Source of the DNA: Minisyncoccota bacterium
Lineage (GTDB): Bacteria > Patescibacteriota > Minisyncoccia > UBA6257 > HR35
DNA: 32,208 nt
Direction of reading: 5' to 3'
NCBI GenBank assembly: GCA_028276315.1
Contig: JAPYWP010000001.1
Span: 1-32,208, forward strand
The translations under genes and the position numbers were made by a program. Shown here piece after piece: positions 24,641 through 32,208 of this stretch; position 1 is the first letter of the stretch, and the number at the start of each line of letters is the position of its first letter. The notes under the pieces were generated by a model that worked only from the letters and a program-made list of their open reading frames with translations, was not told where the DNA came from and made no database searches.

Positions 24641-26380
24641 ATGATAGAGAAAATAAGAAATTTTTGCATCATTGCCCATATTGATCATGGCAAATCAACT
24701 TTAGCTGATAGATTTTTAGAAATTACTGGAGTTATTGAAAAAGAAAAAAATATAGAGCAATTTTTAGATCAATTAACTGTTGAAAGAAAACATGGAGTTA
24801 CTGTTAAAATGCAGCCCGTAAGATTAAATTATAAAGGTTTTATATTAAATCTAATTGATACTCCTGGCCATAGTGATTTTTCTTATGAAGTAAAAAGAGC
24901 ATTAAGTGCAGTAGAGGGAGCAATATTGCTTGTAGATGCAACCCAAGGAATTCAAGCACAAACAATTTTTCATTTCAATGAAGCAAAAAAGCAAAATAAA
25001 ATAATTATACCTGTAATTAATAAGATTGATCTAAAAGATCCATCATATAACTTAATAGAAGAACTAAAAAATATGACAGGGCTATCACCAATATTAGTAT
25101 CAGCAAAACTAGGTTATGGCGTAGAAGAAGTCTTAGAAAAAATAATTGAATTAATTCCTTACCCAAAAATAGAAAAAGAAAAATTAGCCCTTATTTTTGA
25201 TAGTCATTATGAAAAATATAAGGGGGTAGTTTTTCATATAAGAGTTTTTGGTGGTGAATTTAAAGAAGGAGATGAAGTTATTTTGCCTAATATAAATCAA
25301 AAAGTTAAGATAATTGAAGTTGGTTATTTTTTGCCACAAATGGAAAAAACAGAAAAAATTCTATCTGGCGAAATTGGATATTTAATTAGCAATTTGAAAA
25401 AATCAAATATTTTTTTAGTTGGGGAAAGTATTACAGAAGGAGGTAAAGGTCAGTTTAAATTTGAAAAGCCACAAAGTTTTATCTATGCCTCATTTTTCCC
25501 TCAAGAAGAAAAAGACTTTTTAAAATTTAAGGAAGTTATAGAAAAAATTTGGTTAAATGATCCTTCTTTAAGCGTAGAAGAAATTTATCTTAAAAATTTT
25601 GGAAGAGGTTTTAAAATAGGATTTTTAGGCCTTTTTCATCTTGAAATAATAAAAGAAAGGATTGAAGAAGAATTTGGCACAAAAGTTATTATAACTTTCC
25701 CATTAATTAGCTATAAAGTAATCTTAAAAGATGGAAAAGAAATATTAATTACAGAAAATTTACCTCCAGAAAATCAAATAAAAGAAATTCAAGAACCATG
25801 GGTTGAAGGATTTATTATTGTTCCAAAAGAATATTCTTCTTTTGTTTTTGAATTAATAAAACAAAAAAGAGGAGAAATTGTACAAAAAACAGATTTTGAA
25901 GATAATTTAGAAATTTTCTTTAATATGCCCCTAGAAGAATTAGTTACAAATTTTTATGATATTTTAAAATCAAGAACATCTGGTTATGCCTCTTTTTGGT
26001 GGAAATTTAAAGAATACAGAAAAAATGAAATAGGAGAATTAGATATTTTAATTAATGAGACAAAAACATTTTCATTTTTAGTAGTAAAAGAAAAGGCAGA
26101 AAAAATTGGAAGAAATATTCTTTTAAAACTAAAAGAGTATCTTCCAAGAGAAAATTTTGCAATAAAACTTCAAGCTGCTTATAATAAAAAAATAATTGCA
26201 AGAGAAACAATACCTGCAATAGCAAAAAATCCTGCTGAATGGCTTTATGGTGGAGATAGAACAAGAAAAATGAAACTTTGGAAAAAACAAAAAGAAGGGA
26301 AAAAGAAACTTCAACAACTATCTAAAGGAAAAGCTAAAGTTCCATCAGAAGTTTTAATTAAAATTTTTAAAGAGTTATAA
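24641..26380 (+). CDS. lepA: Translation elongation factor 4 (LepA)
   Basis: 579-aa ORF with G motifs IAHIDHGKST, DTPGHSDF and NKIDL, and the LepA-type C-terminal domain. Confidence 0.95.
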   Translation: MIEKIRNFCIIAHIDHGKSTLADRFLEITGVIEKEKNIEQFLDQLTVERKHGVTVKMQPVRLNYKGFILNLIDTPGHSDFSYEVKRALSAVEGAILLVDATQGIQAQTIFHFNEAKKQNKIIIPVINKIDLKDPSYNLIEELKNMTGLSPILVSAKLGYGVEEVLEKIIELIPYPKIEKEKLALIFDSHYEKYKGVVFHIRVFGGEFKEGDEVILPNINQKVKIIEVGYFLPQMEKTEKILSGEIGYLISNLKKSNIFLVGESITEGGKGQFKFEKPQSFIYASFFPQEEKDFLKFKEVIEKIWLNDPSLSVEEIYLKNFGRGFKIGFLGLFHLEIIKERIEEEFGTKVIITFPLISYKVILKDGKEILITENLPPENQIKEIQEPWVEGFIIVPKEYSSFVFELIKQKRGEIVQKTDFEDNLEIFFNMPLEELVTNFYDILKSRTSGYASFWWKFKEYRKNEIGELDILINETKTFSFLVVKEKAEKIGRNILLKLKEYLPRENFAIKLQAAYNKKIIARETIPAIAKNPAEWLYGGDRTRKMKLWKKQKEGKKKLQQLSKGKAKVPSEVLIKIFKEL

Positions 26381-26381
26381 T
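26352..26381. repeat. 30-bp perfect direct repeat, copy 1 (last 9 codons plus stop of lepA)
   Basis: TTTTAATTAAAATTTTTAAAGAGTTATAAT is identical to 26465-26494. Confidence 0.95.
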
Positions 26382-26464
26382 TATAAATTTTCTTATAAGA
26401 AGGAGTGAGGCTTGATTAGGAAAAATTTCCAATTTCAACCTTTAGAAGAATATACCCTAAAAAC

Positions 26465-26494
26465 TTTTAATTAAAATTTTTAAAGAGTTATAAT
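26465..26494. repeat. 30-bp perfect direct repeat, copy 2 (ends 6 nt before the sodN ATG)
   Basis: TTTTAATTAAAATTTTTAAAGAGTTATAAT is identical to 26352-26381. Its last six bases are TATAAT. Confidence 0.95.
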
Positions 26495-26500
26495 ATTATT

Positions 26501-26974
26501 ATGAATAAAAAATTTAAAAAAATAAAAGCAGAGGCTCATTGTGATATTCCTTGTGGAATTTATGAACCAATAGCAGCAAAAATAGCAGCAAAAACAGTTT
26601 TAAGAATGATGCTTCAAATACAATCAATACCTATGCCAAAAGATTGGACAAATAAAGATGAAGTTTTATTTTATTTAAATGAAATTACAAGAAGAATTCA
26701 AACAAAAGAAGAACATGCTGAAATTTGTAAAAGAGAATTAAGGATACTTTGGGCAGACTTTTTTAAAAAAGAACATCTTGAAAAATATCCAAATTTACAT
26801 GATATTTTTTGGGAGGCATTAAAACTTGCATCTAAAGCAAAACAAAATATAGATCCTAAAATAGCAGAAGAACTTTGCAAAAAAGTTGATGAAATAGCAA
26901 AAATATTTTATGAAGTTAAAAATGATCCTGAAAGATTCAAAAGTTATTTAGACCTAACAGAAAAATTATTTTAA
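26501..26974 (+). CDS. sodN: Nickel-containing superoxide dismutase precursor (NiSOD)
   Basis: 157-aa ORF. A 12-aa propeptide is followed by the Ni-hook HCDIPCGIYEP (His-Cys-x-x-Pro-Cys-Gly-x-Tyr). The block ILWADFFKKEHLEKYPNLHD parallels Streptomyces VLWSDYFKPPHFEKYPELHQ. Confidence 0.9.
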   Translation: MNKKFKKIKAEAHCDIPCGIYEPIAAKIAAKTVLRMMLQIQSIPMPKDWTNKDEVLFYLNEITRRIQTKEEHAEICKRELRILWADFFKKEHLEKYPNLHDIFWEALKLASKAKQNIDPKIAEELCKKVDEIAKIFYEVKNDPERFKSYLDLTEKLF

Positions 26975-27225
26975 TGGATAAATTTTTAGTAAAAATTGAT
27001 GGTATTTCTTGTTTTCCAGATCTTTTACCTCAAAAAATTTATCTTGCAAAAAAAGTTAAAAATCCAAAAATTGGAGATTTTTTAGTCTTCAAATACAAAA
27101 ATAAAATTTTAGTTAAAAAATTGAGAAAAATTGAGAAAAATTTTTTAATTTTAGAAGACAATTTCAAAAACAACTATAAAATTAGAAAAACAAAAAATTT
27201 TTTAAAAATTATAAAAGAAATTTAA
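26974..27225 (+). CDS. sodX: Probable NiSOD maturation protease (SodX, S26-like), minimal 83-aa form
   Basis: It overlaps the sodN stop by 1 nt (TAATG). GISCFPDL resembles the S26 GDSMxPT serine box, and ILVKKL...ILEDN resembles the KR...GDN lysine box. Confidence 0.6.
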   Translation: MDKFLVKIDGISCFPDLLPQKIYLAKKVKNPKIGDFLVFKYKNKILVKKLRKIEKNFLILEDNFKNNYKIRKTKNFLKIIKEI

Positions 27226-27226
27226 A

Positions 27227-28353
27227 TTACTCGTTAGTATAATCCACAATTTTGCCATCTTTTATAAATTGCAAAGAAACTGGCAAATTTTCAACCTCAT
27301 GATTTTCGTTAAAAACTATAGTTCCGTTTACTGTTGTAAACTTATTTTTTTCAATATATTTATTAACATCATCTTTACTATTTGAAATTGCATCAACTAG
27401 AACGTATAGTGCATCATAAATTCTATCAGCTGATTTTGCTGGTTTTATTTTATAGAATTCTTCAAATTTTTTTTGAAAAGGCTTCTGGTTGAACTTCCCA
27501 ATTAACAAAAACAATTTCTTCTAAAAGATTTTTATCAATATTAGGATTTGAAATTAAATCTAAAATAGCAACATGGGTTATTATTTTTTGCCTTAAAATC
27601 TAATTCTTTTGCTCTTTTAAGAAAATTTTCCATATCTTTATCAACCATATCAATAAAAACTGCATCGACTCCTTTTTCTTTTAATTTCAAAATAGTTGTT
27701 CTAAAATCATTGTTGCCAATTTCATTATAACTTTCATCAATAACCTCTGTTCCATTATAATTTTTCATAATTTTTGAAAGAACATTTTTAATTTCTTCTC
27801 CAAAACTAGAAGCAAATCTAACTACCCCTAATTTTTTAACTCCTTCTTTTTTTAAATAAATTTCGACAACCTTAAGAACCTTTTCAAAAGAAGGCAACAT
27901 AGTAAAAGAATATTCATTTGTCTCAAAACTACCTTTAATTCTAAAATTTGTAGGAGTAATTAGAGTTATTTTATAATCTTTTGCTAAAGGAATAAGTGGT
28001 TGAGTTGTAAAATCCCATAAACTTCCTATAATTCCATCAACCTTATCTACATTAACTAGTTTTAAAAAAGCAGAAACAGCATCTTGAGCTTGTGTATGAT
28101 CATCTTCAAAAATAACTTCTAATTTTCTTCCATTAATACCTCCATTTTTATTAATCTCACTTGCTGCAAGCTCTATTGCTTTTTTAGCATAATCTCCATA
28201 ACTTGCCGCATAACCAGTTAAAGACAATATTACTCCAATTTTGATTTTTTCTTTTGTACTAAAAGTTTGCTTTTTACTTACACCATACCAAACCCCAACA
28301 ATAATAATTACAACAATAATTATTCCTATAATTATTTTTGTTGTTTTGTTCAT
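27227..28353 (-). pseudogene. Type-I periplasmic binding protein (LivJ/Leu-Ile-Val-binding-like ABC substrate-binding protein), paralog A, disrupted by two frameshifts
   Basis: The protein reads through three frames: an N-terminal 270-aa ORF (TM anchor, then IKIGVILSLTGYAASYGDYAKKAIELAASEINKNGGINGRKLEV), a middle frame (KIITHVAILDLISNPNIDKNLLEEIVFVNWEVQPEAFSKK), and a C-terminal 95-aa ORF. The frame changes coincide with a T6 run at 27584-27589 and a T8 run at 27467-27474 (plus-strand coordinates). Confidence 0.8.
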
Positions 28354-28422
28354 GTTTATTTTAGCAGTAAGTGCGTGAAATTGCTACTTACTAATTAATC
28401 TTGTCTTTTTTATAATTTTAAA

Positions 28423-28836
28423 TTAAATTTTCTCTTTAATTATTTCAATAAATTTTTCAATATCTTTTAAGCGTTGATGCAATATATCATAAACAATATC
28501 ATAATTCAATTCTTCATAATCATGAGCTATAATATTTCTAAAACCAACCATTTTAATTAATTTTTCGGCAAATTCTCTATCTATAATTCCCTCCTCGCTA
28601 AGAATAATAAAACTTTCTGCCATTGTTGTTGGCTTGCGAAGGTTTTTGAAAGATATTACTGCTTCAGCTATAGCAATAGTTGATTGAATAGCTAAATAAA
28701 GATAACGTTCTACTGCTCCGCGAATATCAATATCTTTCTCTATTTCTTCTCGAGAATATTCTTTATATCTTTCTAGTATTTTTAGATATTTTTGAACAGA
28801 ACTTATTTTGTTTTCTATAACATTAAAATTAATCAT
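28423..28836 (-). CDS. hepT: HepT (DUF86) HEPN-domain toxin
   Basis: 137-aa ORF with the HEPN Rx4-6H motif RNIIAHDY near the C-terminus. It starts 2 nt downstream of the nucleotidyltransferase partner gene. Confidence 0.88.
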   Translation of the reverse strand: MINFNVIENKISSVQKYLKILERYKEYSREEIEKDIDIRGAVERYLYLAIQSTIAIAEAVISFKNLRKPTTMAESFIILSEEGIIDREFAEKLIKMVGFRNIIAHDYEELNYDIVYDILHQRLKDIEKFIEIIKEKI

Positions 28837-28838
28837 TT

Positions 28839-29228
28839 TTAAGATCGTGTTAGACCATATTTTAATAACATAGTGTGAAAATCAAAATACTCGTTTAATA
28901 TTTTAGGCTCAATTAAAATCTTAAATGGTTCACGTTCAAAAATTAAATTACCCTCTTTAATTATATTAAATTTCAACTCCGGACTTTCGCATATATTAAG
29001 AATTACTATATCAATATTGTCTGTTTTTAAAATTTGAGCTAACTGATTTAATAGCTCTATTTTGATATCGAACATTCTCTTTTTATCCTGTATATCAACA
29101 TAAATAGCAAAATCATAGTCACTAATTAACCCAGCATCTTTTCTAGCCCGAGAACCAAAAAGATAAGCAAGTTTAACTTCTGGATATTTGCTAAATACAT
29201 TTTTAATATTTTTCATTTTATCATCCAT
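28839..29228 (-). CDS. mntA: MntA minimal nucleotidyltransferase antitoxin
   Basis: Pol-beta-type NTase motif LFGSRARKDAGLISDYDFAIY (GS...DxD). The start is uncertain: the ATG at 29228 or 29216 is preferred over the TTG at 29255. Confidence 0.85.
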   Translation of the reverse strand: MDDKMKNIKNVFSKYPEVKLAYLFGSRARKDAGLISDYDFAIYVDIQDKKRMFDIKIELLNQLAQILKTDNIDIVILNICESPELKFNIIKEGNLIFEREPFKILIEPKILNEYFDFHTMLLKYGLTRS

Positions 29229-29320
29229 ATTAAGTATATTTTTATATTTTATCAAACTTTATTTACCATCATAAAATTAGTTGCTAAAAATTGCTTATGA
29301 TTTTAATCTTAAAGAAATAT

Positions 29321-29392
29321 TTATAAACAGAATACACCAATAGCGAGAATCGTAACAATTATTCCAATAATGATTTGAGTTTTTTTACTCAT
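29321..29392 (-). pseudogene. 23-codon relic of a binding-protein N-terminus (or a stand-alone tiny membrane peptide)
   Basis: The minus strand encodes MSKKTQIIIGIIVTILAIGVFCL followed by a stop. This parallels the paralog A anchor MNKTTKIIIGIIIVVIIIVGVWYGV. AGGGA lies about 6 nt upstream of the ATG. Confidence 0.4.
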
Positions 29393-29654
29393 AGTTCCCT
29401 GATTATAAACTGATAAACTATAAATACTACAAGGTAACTGTGAAAATTACTACCTAATGCTTATTTTTCGCTTTTTTGTGTTATTCTTATCTTGCTATTA
29501 ACAAAATTCTAGTTTTATATAATTATATTCTTATTAAAGTTTTTATTTACTCAAAAAATATAAAAACAAAAAAATTATTAAAATCGTTATTAAATCGCTT
29601 AACATTTATAATTATATTCTCTTAAATGTAAAAATCAATATAAAAATAGAAACA

Positions 29655-30425
29655 TTATTTATTTGAACTTTTGCTAAGCATTAAAATTAATCTTTCCTTT
29701 AGTTGAGGGGTAATTTTTCTATAATTTGAGGGTAGAAATTTTGCTAAATCAAAATAAATTTTCTTTTCTGGATATTCTTTAATTTTTTTCAAAAAATTAT
29801 CTTCATTAAAATTTAAATTTATTATTTTTAATTTTTTATCTAAAAGCTCTCTGTTTATTAAAGTTCCTTTCTCTAAAAGATACCACAAATCAAAAATATC
29901 TCTTCCCTTCTTTCTCCAAAGAAAAGCCCTAATTTTCTCTGTTAAAATTTCTTCTTCTTTTTCGCAAGAAATTAAAGAAACTGGGACGATTGGAAATTTC
30001 GTTTTTAAAGTAAAAATATTTGGTTCAAGAAAAATTTTTTCAAAAGAAAAATCTAATCTTATTGTTAATGGGTATTTAAAAAGTTTTCCTTGATATTTAA
30101 TTTTAAATCTTAAAGAATTTTTGGCTTGATAAAGAAAGTTTAAACTTAATTCTGGAATTTCTATTTTTAAAATTTTCATTGTTTTACTTAAAAGTTCTTT
30201 GATTGTTTTAAAAGAAAGAGTTGTTGAAAAATCTAAATCTTCAGAAAATCTTGGAGAGTTGTAAAATAAATGAAGACAGGTCCCTCCTTTAAAATAAATT
30301 TTTTCACTTAATTTTTCTCTGTAAAAATAATTTAAAAACAAAATTTGGAGATATTCGCGAAAGATTGTGAATTTATCAATTTTAAAATATTGAGAAAGTT
30401 CTTCCAATTGTGTTTCACTAATCAT
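29655..30425 (-). CDS. abiEii: AbiEii/AbiGii-family nucleotidyltransferase toxin (DUF1814)
   Basis: 256-aa ORF containing the motif YFKGGTCLHLFYNSPRFSEDLDFS. Its start overlaps the stop of the AbiEi-like gene by 4 nt. Confidence 0.85.
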   Translation of the reverse strand: MISETQLEELSQYFKIDKFTIFREYLQILFLNYFYREKLSEKIYFKGGTCLHLFYNSPRFSEDLDFSTTLSFKTIKELLSKTMKILKIEIPELSLNFLYQAKNSLRFKIKYQGKLFKYPLTIRLDFSFEKIFLEPNIFTLKTKFPIVPVSLISCEKEEEILTEKIRAFLWRKKGRDIFDLWYLLEKGTLINRELLDKKLKIINLNFNEDNFLKKIKEYPEKKIYFDLAKFLPSNYRKITPQLKERLILMLSKSSNK

Positions 30426-31042
30426 ATTTTTAAAAGTTTCATTAATTTTTCTTGCTTGGTTTTCTTTAAAATAGAGGAAAATTTTTTCTTATCTATCATT
30501 TTTAAATCAAAATCATCTTTTTCAAAATTTCTTAATCCTTTAGAACATAAATAAAGATAATCAAAAAGAGCTTTTTCTGGTAAAGCAATCAAAAATTTTT
30601 CTTTTTTCTCATAGTCAAAAAATAACTCTAATTTAATATGGGAATAAGAAAATTCTTTATCCAAAGTTTTAATAATTTTTGTTTTTTTAGGAGTTACTGA
30701 AGTAATTTGATAAGGAAATTGACTGATTATCCCATAAAAAGATAGAGCAGATTCTAAAGAAATATAAGATGGAAAATATAAAAAATTTGCAATTTGAAAG
30801 TCATCGGTTTTTGAAAAAGTAAAAAGATATTTCTTTTTAGTTAATCTTTTTAAAATTCCTCTTTTTGTCAATCTTTCCAAAATTTTATAAGTAGTATTTT
30901 CTTTTTGAATTTTAAAAATTCTTTTAAAATCAAAGACAGTAAAAAGAGAAATTTCCTTTTGTCTCAACTTTTCTATAATTGCTGCTTGAGTTAACATTCC
31001 CGCCATCAGTACAATTTTATACCAATTCTTTCCTCGTGTCAA
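30422..31042 (-). CDS. abiEi: AbiEi-family antitoxin / winged-helix regulator
   Basis: 206-aa ORF with an N-terminal wHTH-like segment (YKILERLTKRGILKRLTKKKYLF), translationally coupled to abiEii. The true start may be the ATG at 31006, because the TTG at 31042 is part of a TTGACA hexamer. Confidence 0.75.
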   Translation of the reverse strand: MTRGKNWYKIVLMAGMLTQAAIIEKLRQKEISLFTVFDFKRIFKIQKENTTYKILERLTKRGILKRLTKKKYLFTFSKTDDFQIANFLYFPSYISLESALSFYGIISQFPYQITSVTPKKTKIIKTLDKEFSYSHIKLELFFDYEKKEKFLIALPEKALFDYLYLCSKGLRNFEKDDFDLKMIDKKKFSSILKKTKQEKLMKLLKI

Positions 31043-31101
31043 TTTTTATATTTTCGCACCTTCTTGGGGTTTTAACTAACTAAAACTAATTTATTCTTCA
31101 T

Positions 31102-31125
31102 ACGGCACAAATTTGCCGTTTTTTA
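31102..31125 (+). terminator. Hairpin plus T-tract oriented for the plus strand
   Basis: ACGGCA-CAAATT-TGCCGT is followed by TTTTTTATT on the plus strand only. On the minus strand the hairpin is preceded by A6 and not followed by a T-tract. Confidence 0.35.
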
Positions 31126-31135
31126 TTGTTTTAAT

Positions 31136-32208
31136 TTATCTGCAAATTTCTTTAAAACTTTCATTATCAAACTGAACCACACGAAGAGGGTATATTACAT
31201 CTCTATTTTGTTGAACTCTACTAGAACCTAAAACTCCAGAAAAATTTTTTATTTCCGATAAACCCTTTTTTACTCCCTCTGTAGTATAACCATATTTTTC
31301 TATAGCGGATTTTAACATATATATTGCATCATAAGTAAACGCACTAAATGAGTTGGGCACTTCACCATACCTTTTCTTATACGATTCTATAAATTTAGAA
31401 ACTATGGGGTCACTACTAGAAGCATCAAACAACGTAGCAGTATAATATACACCATTTGCTGCTTCTCCTGTAGCTTTCAAATGCGCTGGTAGAGCTAACG
31501 CAAAATAAGCAAAAATAGGAATTTTAATATCTGCTTCTCTTAATTGTTTTATTAGTAAAGCTCCGGAAGAAGTATATCCTGAAATATATACTCCTTTTGA
31601 ATTAGAATATTTAACTTTTGTAACAATAGTTCTAAAATCAGTATCTGATTTTCCATATGCCTCTTTTATTACTAACTCACCTTTAAATCTATTTTCAAAA
31701 GCTTTCAAGGCAGAAACCCCAAACTCATCATTAACATATAAAAATGCTAATTTATCTATTTCTGGAAATTTATTTTCTAAACAAGATATCATAGTATTTG
31801 CATCGTCATTTTCGTTAGGAAAAAATCTAAATGCGTATTCACTTCTATCTGTAATTCCAGGTAGGGCAACAGCAGTTAATAATAAATTTATTTTTTTCTC
31901 GTTAGCAATTGGAATTAATGCATTTGAAACACCGCTTCCAAAAACAACTACAGCATAGACACTTTTTTAGTATTAACTATTTTATTAAATGCTGAAACTC
32001 CTTCTGCTGGGTCATTTTTAGAATCATCGTATATTACTTCTATTTTTCGACCATTTACTCCTCCATTAGAGTTAATTTCATCAATAGCTAAATCAATGCC
32101 ATTTTTTTGATATATTCCATTAGGAGCTGCACTTCCAGTTAATGGCAAAATTGCCCCAATCTTAATTGGTTCTTTTTCTGTAATAGAAGTTTGTTTTTTA
32201 CCAACTCC
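31136..32208 (-). pseudogene. Type-I periplasmic binding protein (LivJ-like), paralog B, frameshifted; 5' end beyond the window
   Basis: The upstream frame is open to the window edge (...IKIGAILPLTGSAAPNG...GGVNGRKIEVIYDD...NTKKVSML then stop). The downstream frame continues KSVYAVVVFGSGVSNALIPIANEKK...MISCLENK... to 31136. The frames switch at a T6 run at 31963-31968. Confidence 0.8.

Noticed and set aside
27113-27137. Tandem 10-nt duplication ATTGAGAAAA within sodX
   Set aside because: Removing one copy would create an immediate stop codon. With both copies, the frame reads the expected S26-like KKLRKIEKNFLILEDN. It is probably chance repetition in low-complexity coding sequence.
30411-30418. 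parS half-site TGTTTCAC
   Set aside because: Only half of the 16-bp palindrome is present. It is followed by TAATCATA rather than GTGAAACA, and it lies at the abiEi/abiEii coding junction.
1-32208. Alternative genetic code (TGA recoding, as in some candidate-phyla bacteria), CRISPR arrays, IS elements and integrases
   Set aside because: TGA clearly terminates well-conserved genes at their expected ends (rplN, rpsC), and Trp is encoded by TGG. I saw no regularly spaced repeat array. No ORF has transposase or recombinase motifs.

Overview
This is a strongly AT-rich, very compact bacterial chromosome segment. It uses the standard genetic code: TGA is a stop for rplN and rpsC, and Trp is TGG. 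Gene content and compaction fit a reduced-genome bacterium such as a Patescibacteria/CPR member, but that is inference only.

Bases 1-26400 are almost entirely information-processing genes:
- ftsH (3' part)
- a tRNA-Ile with anticodon UAU
- rpoC and rpoB
- recG
- an adjacent RNase P RNA and tmRNA pair
- tuf-rpsJ-rplC-rplD
- rpsF-ssb-rpmB
- gap and rmuC
- rpsS-rplV-rpsC-rplN
- rplI, mutM, parB and lepA

The near-universal rplJL-rpoBC, str, S10 and spc gene clusters are visibly broken up. Non-ribosomal genes are translationally coupled to the fragments (lemA, a PEBP gene and an M16 peptidase after rplD; rmuC and gap after rplN).

Bases 26350-32208 look accessory:
- a 30-bp perfect direct repeat that duplicates the lepA 3' end
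- a nickel superoxide dismutase gene with a minimal maturation protease (sodN-sodX)
- two type-I periplasmic-binding-protein (LivJ-like) paralogs, each disrupted by frameshifts at homopolymer runs
- a 23-codon relic of a third paralog
- two toxin-antitoxin modules nested between the paralogs (MntA-HepT and AbiEi-AbiEii)

I found no CRISPR array, transposase, integrase or rRNA. I did not recognise a clearly new multi-gene system. The most unusual items are:
- the rnpB-ssrA tandem, whose apparent tmRNA tag frame is extremely short
- the scrambled ribosomal and RNA polymerase synteny
- the NiSOD cassette next to the lepA-end duplication
- the decaying binding-protein array that hosts the TA modules
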